In this document: positions 42,478 to 50,875 of the stretch, piece by piece
Position numbering within the stretch: position 1 is the stretch's first letter
Layout: every line of letters starts with the position of its first letter
DNA from: Obrimoposthia wandeli
Lineage: Eukaryota
NCBI GenBank assembly: GCA_977020255.1
Contig: CDROCS010006706.1
Location: 1 to 64,000, forward strand
Direction of reading: 5' to 3'
Length of the DNA stretch: 64,000 bases
Program-made: the position numbers and the translations under genes
The notes under the pieces: generated by a model
Databases searched by the model: none
What the model saw: only the letters and a program-made list of their open reading frames with translations
Told to the model about the DNA's origin: nothing

Positions 42478-43428
42478 GTGGGGAAGCTAAAGATGATGGA
42501 TCAAAAGGGCTTCTCTTTAATACAAGTATTAATCGCCGCCATGTTAGGTATGCTGCTCAGTGCTGCAGTTTTGAATGTGTTGTTTGCAACCTTTCAATCC
42601 GCCAACTTGAAGAATGCAATGCACAGTGTTCAGGAGAGAGGGGCGCTGGCATTTCATTTTATTAAAAGAGATTTAAATGCGCTAGGTTTTAGTCATTGTT
42701 TGGAAGACGGGTTGAGTGCAGTCAATATAATCTCCCAAGGCCCAGTCGCCGCACATTTAATGGCTCACACTGAGTTAGTCGGTAATCTATACCCATATAA
42801 AAAGTCGGACTCAATCTCTTTTGTGACCAATTCTATCGCTGGTAGTGAATTGCAACAAGACATGCATACCGTTCACAGTAGCGTGGATATATTGGACAGC
42901 CAAGATTTTAAAGATGGACAAGAAGTGCTCATAACAAATTGCCGTAGCGCCGAGCTTTTTTCTATCACCAATATTTGGCAGAACCAGTTAAGTCATGACA
43001 GCAGTCATAACAAAGAGGAAAATTTTAGTGAGATCTATAGCAGGGGATCTTTTGTCAGTCCCTTGGTGTTAGTCAGTTATAAATTAGCTAAAGGAGCTAG
43101 TGGTAGAACAGGGCTATTCAGAGCAGTTAATGGTCGCGCTCAAGAGTTGGTTCCAGATGTACAACAATTGAAAGTCCTCTATGGGATTAAGGGATTGCAA
43201 GGCGTCAAAATCAACTATGTTAGTGCTGATCAGATGCTTGATTATAAAAACGTGATCAGCGTAAACGCAAGTTTGTTACTGGCCTCTGAAAAAGAAGTGC
43301 TGAGTGAGCCGATGTTAATAGATGATCCATTCGGGCTAATAAAAACAGCAGCTGATTTACGCTACTATAAGCGCTTTGACATTTACCTGATATTGAAAAA
43401 TAGAGGGCTGAAAGATCAAATAAACTAG
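42478..43428 (+). CDS. pilW: PilW-like minor pilin, set 2
   Basis: QKGFSLIQVLIAAMLG (Q at +5), QELVPDVQQLKVLYG, SLLLAS. Confidence 0.8.
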   Translation: MGKLKMMDQKGFSLIQVLIAAMLGMLLSAAVLNVLFATFQSANLKNAMHSVQERGALAFHFIKRDLNALGFSHCLEDGLSAVNIISQGPVAAHLMAHTELVGNLYPYKKSDSISFVTNSIAGSELQQDMHTVHSSVDILDSQDFKDGQEVLITNCRSAELFSITNIWQNQLSHDSSHNKEENFSEIYSRGSFVSPLVLVSYKLAKGASGRTGLFRAVNGRAQELVPDVQQLKVLYGIKGLQGVKINYVSADQMLDYKNVISVNASLLLASEKEVLSEPMLIDDPFGLIKTAADLRYYKRFDIYLILKNRGLKDQIN

Positions 43429-43575
43429 CTTTTATCACACTAGAAACAGACTCGTAGTGCAAGCGAACACTGCTAGATACTGTTGCGTGGAGCACCCAAC
43501 AGACACTGTCCAAGTAGTGTCTATTTTGAACGATTGAGTTGCTGATGTTATAGCTTCGCTTCTGGATAAAAGTTA
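43426..43575 (-). mobile_element. Diverged MITE family 1 copy C between pilW2 and pilX2
   Basis: TA|GCTTTTATC...GATAAAAGT|TA; blocks GAAACagacTCGTaGtGcaAGCG, GATTGAGTT and TTCTGGAT align with the 61592 copy; empty site would read CTAG. Confidence 0.6.
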
Positions 43576-43593
43576 GCTATTGGAGATGTAGTT

Positions 43594-44145
43594 GTGAATT
43601 CTCAACATGGAAGTTTCATGCTTTTTTGCTTAGTTATCATTTCTGTGCTGACAAGTTTGTCAATTGTGAGTATGCAAGGCTCTATTCAGGGCAGTCGGTT
43701 GGTGAATAGTTATAAGAGCTACCATTTAGCTTTTACCCGTGCCGAAGTCGCGTTAAAGATTGCTGAAAATCAGTTAGATGTTCAAAGTGACTACGCAGTA
43801 GATTTAACTAATAAGCCATTGGAGCTAGGCTTATTTCCAGCACTGCTCAATATCTCTGCAACCTCACAGCCCTCTTGGCAGTTTATTGGGGAGCAAAATT
43901 TATGGTTGGATGAGAAATATACTATTATTCAGCGATTGAACCCAAATCAAGAATGGCCTTTTAGCAATAGGTACCACAGCGCCTACATCATTGAAAAACT
44001 CTCTATAGGTAACACCGCCCCAGGAATCGATTGGTTTAGAATTACTGCAAAAGGCTTTGGCTTGCAAGTCAGCACAGCGGTAATTTTACAAGTGGTTTTT
44101 AAAGTACAAGGTAAAAAGCAGCGTCTATCATGGAGGAAAATATAA
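43594..44145 (+). CDS. pilX: PilX-like minor pilin, set 2
   Basis: QHGSFMLFCLVII (no E5), AFTRAEVALKIAE, FRITAKGFG. Confidence 0.8.
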   Translation: MNSQHGSFMLFCLVIISVLTSLSIVSMQGSIQGSRLVNSYKSYHLAFTRAEVALKIAENQLDVQSDYAVDLTNKPLELGLFPALLNISATSQPSWQFIGEQNLWLDEKYTIIQRLNPNQEWPFSNRYHSAYIIEKLSIGNTAPGIDWFRITAKGFGLQVSTAVILQVVFKVQGKKQRLSWRKI

Positions 44146-44147
44146 GC

Positions 44148-44684
44148 ATGTTGATACACAAGTACTTACCTAGATGCCGTGATGGATACAGTTTATTTGA
44201 GTTATTGGTGTGTTTATTGATCATATCTATACTGGGGTTTTATGCCATACCCGCGTTTGACACAATGTTACTCAAGCGGCAGTTAGAGAATCGCGTGAGC
44301 TATTTGATGATGTCTTTTAAAGAGGCAAAGCTGGCTGCTATCAAGTTTGATAAGCAAGTGATTATCTGTCGTATAGACAAGATAAATGAACGTTGCTTGG
44401 TAGAGAAATCAAAAGGTGTTCAACAGTGGGGGAGAGGTTGGCTGGTGTTTGTTGATGGTAACTTAGATAAACAATATCAAGTAGAAGAGCAGCTTCTTAA
44501 AGTAGTAAGTTTAAACTTGGCCAACTGCAGTGTTACTTGGAACAGAGGTGAGTATTTAAACTTCTATCAATTTGGGGTTCTTAAAGGGTCAAGAGCGGGC
44601 ACTTTTAAGATAAGTTGTGCTGAGTTAACTACCCAGCTAATTGTTAACTGGGTAGGTAGAGTCCGTCGCAGGGATGGGGTGTAA
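44148..44684 (+). CDS. fimT: FimT/GspH-like minor pilin, set 2
   Basis: DGYSLFELLVCLLII, WGRGWLVFVDGN, AGTFKISC, GRVR. Confidence 0.82.
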   Translation: MLIHKYLPRCRDGYSLFELLVCLLIISILGFYAIPAFDTMLLKRQLENRVSYLMMSFKEAKLAAIKFDKQVIICRIDKINERCLVEKSKGVQQWGRGWLVFVDGNLDKQYQVEEQLLKVVSLNLANCSVTWNRGEYLNFYQFGVLKGSRAGTFKISCAELTTQLIVNWVGRVRRRDGV

Positions 44685-44706
44685 AATCACCACATGCCGC
44701 GCTTAA

Positions 44707-45543
44707 TTAATGATCGTATAAGGTAGGAATTGGCTGCCGCTTATGCTCAGTTTTTGCATATATAGCGACGATTTTTTGTACTACTTTTTCACAGACTGGT
44801 TTGTTTTCTAGAAAATCGTCTAGTTGCTCATAAGTTATACCTAGCGCTATTTCATCAGCTTTTTGTGGTTCTAGTTCTTCTAAGTCAGCAGTGGGTATTT
44901 TAGTGATAAGCATGTCAGGAGCGCCAAGATAGGTGGCTAAGCTCCTTACTTGGCGTTTGCTTAGACCAAACAGCGGAGCTAAGTCACAAGCTCCGTCTCC
45001 CCATTTGGTGTAAAATCCGGTCACGTTCTCTGCTGAATGATCCGTACCTACCACTAATCCACCAACAATTCCCGCTATATGATATTGCGCGATCATTCGT
45101 GAGCGTGCTTTTACATTGCCTTTTGAAAAATCAACTGCTGCATCATTACTGAGATCTATATTCGCACTGGTGAGACCAGCAAGTACCTGTGAGTGGATAC
45201 CTTCAGTGCCCGCTTGAATATTGATGGTAATGTTTTGCGAAGCGTTAATAAATCGCAGTGCAGCTTGTGCGTCTTCTTCATCTTGCTGTTGTGAATAAGG
45301 CAATCGAACGGCAAAGAATTGATACTTGTTATTAGCCTCTTGCTGATTGAGTTGATCTACAGCCAATTGCGTTAGTTTGCCACAAACAGTTGAATCAACA
45401 CCACCACTAATGCCTAGTACTAGATTGCTTAAACCTGATGCACGTAACTGCTTTTTGATAAATGCAATGCGTCGCTCAATTTCAAAAGCTGCATCAATTT
45501 CTGGTAAGACCTGCATTAATTCACGAATTTGTTGGGCATTCAT
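44707..45543 (-). CDS. nadE: Ammonia-dependent NAD+ synthetase (single domain)
   Basis: [41 protein letters not shown]; no glutaminase domain. Confidence 0.95.
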   Translation of the reverse strand: MNAQQIRELMQVLPEIDAAFEIERRIAFIKKQLRASGLSNLVLGISGGVDSTVCGKLTQLAVDQLNQQEANNKYQFFAVRLPYSQQQDEEDAQAALRFINASQNITINIQAGTEGIHSQVLAGLTSANIDLSNDAAVDFSKGNVKARSRMIAQYHIAGIVGGLVVGTDHSAENVTGFYTKWGDGACDLAPLFGLSKRQVRSLATYLGAPDMLITKIPTADLEELEPQKADEIALGITYEQLDDFLENKPVCEKVVQKIVAIYAKTEHKRQPIPTLYDH

Positions 45544-45564
45544 GCTGAATTTCTCTCCAAGGAT

Positions 45565-46506
45565 CTAGTCAAATAGCCCAAATGAAAGCTTGTTGAGCCA
45601 AGAAGATTTATTAGTACTATCTTTATTAGCTTCAGCATCTAAAACATCTTCAGCAGGCTGCTGTGCGACAGGCGTCCAGCTTGGAGGTTTGGTACCTGTA
45701 CTTCCTAATAAACCAAAGGTTGCAGTACTTAATAAACTATCCACAGATTTTTGATAGCTGTTAATAGAATAGTTCGGGTAGTTATTTGAAAGTACTAACT
45801 TGGCATCGTTAGCTAGGTCGTCAATTTTGAGTTGAGAATACGCCTGGTACATGATTTCAAGCGCTCTAGGCGCCGCGATTGATTCCTGGAAATTCTCTAC
45901 TACATAGCGAGCACGATTAGAAGCGGCAACATAAGCGCCGCGGTCCATGTAATATTGAGCGACTTGAACTTCATGCGTCGCCAATCTATTTTTCAAAAAT
46001 AACATACGTTTATTAGCATCAACTGCATATCTACTTTCTGGAAGTCTAGCGACTAAAGTGGCAAAAGCATCAAATGATTCTAGCGCAGCACCAGGGTCTC
46101 TTTGATTTTGATCAATTGGTAAATACTTTTCTATCCAGCCAGAAGATTGTTCAAATGCGGATAAGCCTTTTAAATAATAGGCGTAATCTACATTTTCGTG
46201 CACAGGGTTGAGACGAATAAATCTATCTGCGGAGACAATAGCTGCATCGCGCTCATCATTTTTGTAATAGGCAAAAATGAGTTCTAATTGTGCTTGTTGA
46301 GAGTATTCGCCAAAAGGGTAACGTGCTTCAAGCAGTTCGAGCTTTTCTACAGCAAGTAGGTAATTGGCATCTTTTAAAGCATCAATAGCTTGTAAATATA
46401 AAGTGTTTTCTGGAATATCCGGCTTTTCAGCTTCTGGCCCAAACACAGAACATCCTGATGTGATTGCACAGAAACTAACGATAAAAAGTATTTTTGAGAA
46501 ATGCAT
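45565..46506 (-). CDS. bamD: Outer membrane assembly lipoprotein BamD/ComL
   Basis: Lipobox ITSGC, YPFGEYSQQAQL, RFIRLNP.H.NVDYAYYLKG; C-terminal extension with a repeated (T/S)FGL motif. Confidence 0.95.
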   Translation of the reverse strand: MHFSKILFIVSFCAITSGCSVFGPEAEKPDIPENTLYLQAIDALKDANYLLAVEKLELLEARYPFGEYSQQAQLELIFAYYKNDERDAAIVSADRFIRLNPVHENVDYAYYLKGLSAFEQSSGWIEKYLPIDQNQRDPGAALESFDAFATLVARLPESRYAVDANKRMLFLKNRLATHEVQVAQYYMDRGAYVAASNRARYVVENFQESIAAPRALEIMYQAYSQLKIDDLANDAKLVLSNNYPNYSINSYQKSVDSLLSTATFGLLGSTGTKPPSWTPVAQQPAEDVLDAEANKDSTNKSSWLNKLSFGLFD

Positions 46507-46855
46507 TTATTTTAATCCTAATCAGAGGTCTCAATTGTATATCTCTAGTCAACTCCGAGATAGACATAAATAGTGAAAGCAGGCCATATTGTAACGGGTT
46601 GTATGGGGGAAACAAGTGTTGTTGGTTATGACACTGAATTGCATGATTAATCATGAGTGTTTAGCAATTTTAACTGAACTTTCAAGGGTAGATCTAGGGA
46701 GTGTTCAAGCAATGAAATGCGGTTTTAATGATATTGAGTGTCTCGTTTGCTAAGCATAGCGTTAATCGCTGCTATTTCTTGGCCTATCAGTTAGCAAAAT
46801 CAGATTTAATCATCAGAAACTTTGTTGTTTGGGGTATAATGCTGGCATTCATGAG

Positions 46856-46937
46856 TAGTTCGTTTTTGTCCACAAACGAAATCTACTGCGAACTAATGTA
46901 TTAGTATCGTGTAGGCTCGCTTTATAGATGAAAACTA
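46856..46937 (+). mobile_element. Internally deleted MITE family 1 copy D upstream of rluD
   Basis: GTCCA..AAACG..TCTACTGCGAAC (12-nt exact match to copy A) and right end GATGAAAAC|TAGTTA versus copy A GATGAACAC|TAGTTA. Confidence 0.55.
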
Positions 46938-47000
46938 GTTAGTCATAACTCAAATGTTATCTATGATATTTGAATCATATTATGCAAAGCCGGAAAGTCA

Positions 47001-47966
47001 ATGTCAGAAAATATAGAACTAGAACACCGTGTGCCGAGTGAGTACACCGGTAAGCGTTTCGACCAAATACTTGCGATATTATTCCCAGAATACTCTCGAT
47101 CTCGTTTAACTACCTGGATCAAAGAAGGATGGGTGTTAGTCGATGGTAAGCAGCTTAAACCGCGTGAAAAACTGTATGGCGGTGAAAAGATTATGATTGA
47201 CGCTGTATTAGAAGATCTTGAAGTACATGAAGGGGAAAACATCCCTATTGATATCGTTTATGAAGATGACGATATTTTAGTGGTGAATAAACCAGCAGGT
47301 TTAGTGGTGCATCCTGCCGTGGGCAACCGCAGTGGCACCCTACTTAATGCCTTACTGTATTATTATCCAGCGATAGCGCAAGTGCCAAGAGCAGGCATAG
47401 TGCATCGCTTAGATATGGACACGACCGGATTAATGGTGGTGGCGAAAACGGTACAAGCGCAAACCGATTTAGTTGGGCAATTGCAAGACCGTTCGATGGG
47501 ACGAGAATATGAAGCAATCACCAACGGCGTAATGACTGGAGGTGGGTGTGTTGAAGAGCCTATGGGGCGACATGCAACTAACCGACTAAAAATGGCTGTA
47601 GTTTCAATGGGTAAAGAAGCGATTACTCATTACCGCTTACTAGATAAGTTTCGTGCGCATAGCCATATCCGCTTAAAGCTTGAAACAGGTAGAACTCACC
47701 AAATTCGTGTGCACATGGCGCATATTAATTACCCTTTAGTGGGAGATCAAACCTACGGCGGACGAGCGCGTTTACCAAAGGGAATAGAAGAAGATACAGT
47801 GGAGGCACTGCGCGGTTTTAAAAGGCAGGCGTTGCATGCTAAAAAACTAGAGCTTTGGCATCCAGCGACTGGCGAACAAATGAGTTGGGAAATTGACTTA
47901 CCTGAAGATTTTGCTAATTTACTTGCGGTATTGAAAGAAGATGCGAAAGGCTACGAAGAGTATTAA
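47001..47966 (+). CDS. rluD: 23S rRNA pseudouridine synthase D
   Basis: S4 domain, VNKPAGLVVHP, GIVHRLD, TGRTHQIRVH. Confidence 0.96.
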   Translation: MSENIELEHRVPSEYTGKRFDQILAILFPEYSRSRLTTWIKEGWVLVDGKQLKPREKLYGGEKIMIDAVLEDLEVHEGENIPIDIVYEDDDILVVNKPAGLVVHPAVGNRSGTLLNALLYYYPAIAQVPRAGIVHRLDMDTTGLMVVAKTVQAQTDLVGQLQDRSMGREYEAITNGVMTGGGCVEEPMGRHATNRLKMAVVSMGKEAITHYRLLDKFRAHSHIRLKLETGRTHQIRVHMAHINYPLVGDQTYGGRARLPKGIEEDTVEALRGFKRQALHAKKLELWHPATGEQMSWEIDLPEDFANLLAVLKEDAKGYEEY

Positions 47967-48718
47967 TGGAAGTTGTTAAGGCGAACTGGCCTGAACTTGA
48001 AAATTCAACAGGACATCAAGTAACTGCATTCACTACTACGCGTTTATTTGGAGCCAGTGAAGGCCCTTTTAAAAGTTTTAATACAGGGTTACATGTGAAT
48101 GATGACCCTAAAGCAGTACACAGTAATCGCCAACGTTTACTAGAGTATTGTGGATTACAAGATGCGCAGTGGTTAGATCAAGTTCATGGTACGTCTTGTA
48201 TAAAGTCGGCACGTGATAATAAAGTGATACGCGCTGATGCTTGTTGGACTGATGAAGCTGAATTAGCTTGTATTGTAATGACTGCTGATTGCCTACCTGT
48301 TGCTTTTCGAGAGCGTGATAAGATAGCGGTTGCTCATGCGGGTTGGCGAGGTTTGTTGTCAGGGGTATTGCATAATACTTTACAAAACTTCAGCGCTAAA
48401 GAAACGGATATTTGGCTGGGGCCTGCAATAGGTCCCAATGCTTTTGAAGTGGGTGGTGAAGTGCGTGAACAGTTCCTCGATAGAAATCAACAGTACTCTC
48501 CAGCCTTTACAGCAGCCGATCAACCAGGGAAATGGTTAGCAGATATTTACCTGTTAGCACGGTTAGACTTGGTAATGAAAGGCGTTAACCCCGCTCGAAT
48601 TTACAGTGGCAACTACTGTACTTTCACTGATGAAAAGAAGTTCTATTCATACCGAAGGCAAGCACAAACGGGTCGAATGGCAACGGTTATTTATCGAACA
48701 GGTTTAGATAAAATGTAA
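47966..48718 (+). CDS. pgeF: Peptidoglycan editing factor PgeF / YfiH
   Basis: QVHG, MTADCLP, HAGWRGL, GPAIG, FYSYRR. Confidence 0.94.
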   Translation: MEVVKANWPELENSTGHQVTAFTTTRLFGASEGPFKSFNTGLHVNDDPKAVHSNRQRLLEYCGLQDAQWLDQVHGTSCIKSARDNKVIRADACWTDEAELACIVMTADCLPVAFRERDKIAVAHAGWRGLLSGVLHNTLQNFSAKETDIWLGPAIGPNAFEVGGEVREQFLDRNQQYSPAFTAADQPGKWLADIYLLARLDLVMKGVNPARIYSGNYCTFTDEKKFYSYRRQAQTGRMATVIYRTGLDKM

Positions 48719-48860
48719 TTTTTATCTAATAAATCCTGTTTTCTAACATATAAAATCCAATTATATGTTGTTTTTATGAGAATATAGCGAAAAAAATGCT
48801 GAGCTTTACCTATACACTATTAACTATAAAACAGTGAGAGCTTTACTATAAAACTGCTCA

Positions 48861-49523
48861 TTGATGTTAAAGCGTATATTAGAGGCCGACATTGTGAATG
48901 CAAAAACAGATTTCCTACTAGAACTAGGCCAACTGACTGATAAAACTGTCAATTCGCTAACTCGCTCATTCTCCAACTTACCTAAAAGTGAATATTTAGA
49001 TGGTGCGTTTCGTTTACGCCGCTTTTCACACTTCTCCTATACAGAACAAATGTTGACTGAATTGCCAGTAAAAGCATTTTCGCAGAATCAAGAAATAAAT
49101 TCTTTTCAAGGGAATGTTGCTAGGCAATACCCAACTATAGAATCATCCGTAGTTGAAAGTAGTGCTTTTACAGAAATGTTTAGAAAATTTAAACAGATGA
49201 CTGCTGTTAAAGATGAAATGCCGATCGAAGTGCATCAAATGCGCATATTAGGTAGTAAAAACACCATCACAGAAGCCGCGCCTGAAGGCGTTCATCAAGA
49301 TGGTTTCGACTATCTAGCGGTGTTTGTTATTGATCGAAAAAATATAGAAGGAGGGGAAATCTGTGTACATCCCGCGAAAGAGCAAGCACCTATCTTTAAA
49401 CACGCTTTCGATAATGGTGAATTTGTAGTGCTTAACGATAAGCGTTTTTGGCACAGTGCAGCGAGTTTGCAGGCAGTCAATGATGATTTAGCGTATATGG
49501 ATGTGTTTGTACTTACCGCTTAA
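48861..49523 (+). CDS. 2OG-Fe(II) dioxygenase, PF10014-like (BsmA / isoleucine dioxygenase family)
   Basis: FRLRRFS, FQGNVARQY, PEGVHQDG (HxD), RFWH distal His. Confidence 0.8.
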   Translation: MMLKRILEADIVNAKTDFLLELGQLTDKTVNSLTRSFSNLPKSEYLDGAFRLRRFSHFSYTEQMLTELPVKAFSQNQEINSFQGNVARQYPTIESSVVESSAFTEMFRKFKQMTAVKDEMPIEVHQMRILGSKNTITEAAPEGVHQDGFDYLAVFVIDRKNIEGGEICVHPAKEQAPIFKHAFDNGEFVVLNDKRFWHSAASLQAVNDDLAYMDVFVLTA

Positions 49524-49747
49524 ATGAATTGGTAAAAGCTGGGCAGCATTTTCGCGCTTAGCTTAAATACGCCTTGAAGTAATCTATATGCACTTGATAA
49601 TTCTATGCTGTTAGTAATATCCCTTCACCGATAGGGAGATACGCCGAGCTAATGTCTATCGCTGATCCCTATTTAGCAACAGCTAATCTATAAAGCAATA
49701 ACCAATTATGCTATTGTTTTTTCCTGTAATAACAAAGGAATAAATAG

Positions 49748-50158
49748 ATGCATCCATTTCACTACTCATTTAAAATTAAAGACATTGAAAGCACCAAAGA
49801 GTTCTATGGAAAGTTACTAGGTTGTACGCAAGGACGTTCAACTGAAAGTTGGATCGATTTTGATTTTTTTGGTCATCAAATGTCAGCGCATATTGCTGAG
49901 AACATTCCTCCTTTAGATTATTGCGGTCTGGTGGACGGTATCAAAGTGCCTATCCCGCATTTCGGCGTTATTATCAGTTTTGCGGAATATGAAGAGATTC
50001 GTGAAAAATTAGAAGCGATAAACTATCCTTTTATTGTAAAGCCACAAGTACGTTATGCCGGTAAGCCTGAGCAACAACATACTTTGTTCATCTTAGACGC
50101 TTCGGGTAATCCACTAGAATTTAAAAGTTACTCAGGTACATCCAAGCAGTTTATTTGA
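49748..50158 (+). CDS. VOC (glyoxalase/dioxygenase) family protein
   Basis: PFH, GRSTESWIDFDFFGHQ, VPIPHFG, DASGNPLEFK. Confidence 0.88.
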   Translation: MHPFHYSFKIKDIESTKEFYGKLLGCTQGRSTESWIDFDFFGHQMSAHIAENIPPLDYCGLVDGIKVPIPHFGVIISFAEYEEIREKLEAINYPFIVKPQVRYAGKPEQQHTLFILDASGNPLEFKSYSGTSKQFI

Positions 50159-50205
50159 TTAGCTATCCCCTCAATAATGGTGGGTTGATATATGGGCGTG
50201 TGCAC

Positions 50206-50676
50206 ATGGAAAATCTTGATAAAACGGATAAGTTAATCCTTAGCTACTTACAGCAAGACAATACTTTATCCGCATCAGATATAGCTGATAAAGTTGGATT
50301 GTCCCAATCTCCTTGCTGGCGGCGTATTAATAAAATGCAGGAGCAGGGCATCATTTGCGGTGGTGCCGCCACTTTAGATAGAAAAAAGTTAGGGCTTAAA
50401 GTTGTGGTTATTGTGAATGTAAAGCTCACAGCACATGGCTGGAGTATGCTAAATGAGTTTGAGGACGCGATTGTCGCTTTTTCTGAAGTACTCGAATGCT
50501 GGACCATTTCTGGTGGCATGGATTTTATGCTGCGGGTGGTAACTAAAGATATCGATAGCTATGAAAAATTTTTACGTCATAAATTATTACAATTACCGCA
50601 TATTCAAGAAGCGCAAAGCCATTTCACGATGACAGAGGTAAAGAACACGACACAATTACCTTTAGATATCCTATAA
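50206..50676 (+). CDS. Lrp/AsnC family regulator
   Basis: LDKTDKLIL..LQQD, GLSQSPCWRR, SGGMDFMLRV; start ATG 50206. Confidence 0.93.
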   Translation: MENLDKTDKLILSYLQQDNTLSASDIADKVGLSQSPCWRRINKMQEQGIICGGAATLDRKKLGLKVVVIVNVKLTAHGWSMLNEFEDAIVAFSEVLECWTISGGMDFMLRVVTKDIDSYEKFLRHKLLQLPHIQEAQSHFTMTEVKNTTQLPLDIL

Positions 50677-50751
50677 AATGAGCGCTACCTACCTATCAGC
50701 TACTTCTTGAATAAAGGCTTCTAATAGTAAAAAAATTAATACTGTGGTGTG

Positions 50752-50765
50752 TTGATATACATCAA
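50752..50765. promoter_or_regulatory. FNR/ANR box upstream of clpB
   Basis: Perfect TTGAT-ATAC-ATCAA. Confidence 0.6.
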
Positions 50766-50783
50766 GCATCGCCACGAGCGACA

Positions 50784-50811
50784 CTTGAATCTAGCTTTAA
50801 GCCCCCAATAT
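50784..50811 (+). promoter_or_regulatory. Sigma32 (RpoH)-type promoter of clpB
   Basis: CTTGAA-N13-CCCCAATAT, about 65 nt before the clpB ATG. Confidence 0.75.
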
Positions 50812-50875
50812 AAGTGCTATACAAAAGCGGTCAACTTTTGAATAAAACTCAACTATTTGAGTTTAGGAGCACAGT

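Noticed and set aside
46300-46506. BamD C-terminal extension (about 45565-45780) with repeated FGL motif as a novelty; coordinates given mark the gene's 5' end
   Set aside because: Similar tails are, to my knowledge, typical of Pseudomonas-type ComL/BamD
46642-46655. Perfect 14-bp palindrome CATGATTAATCATG in the bamD-rluD spacer
   Set aside because: AT-rich and single; cannot be assigned to a regulator from sequence alone
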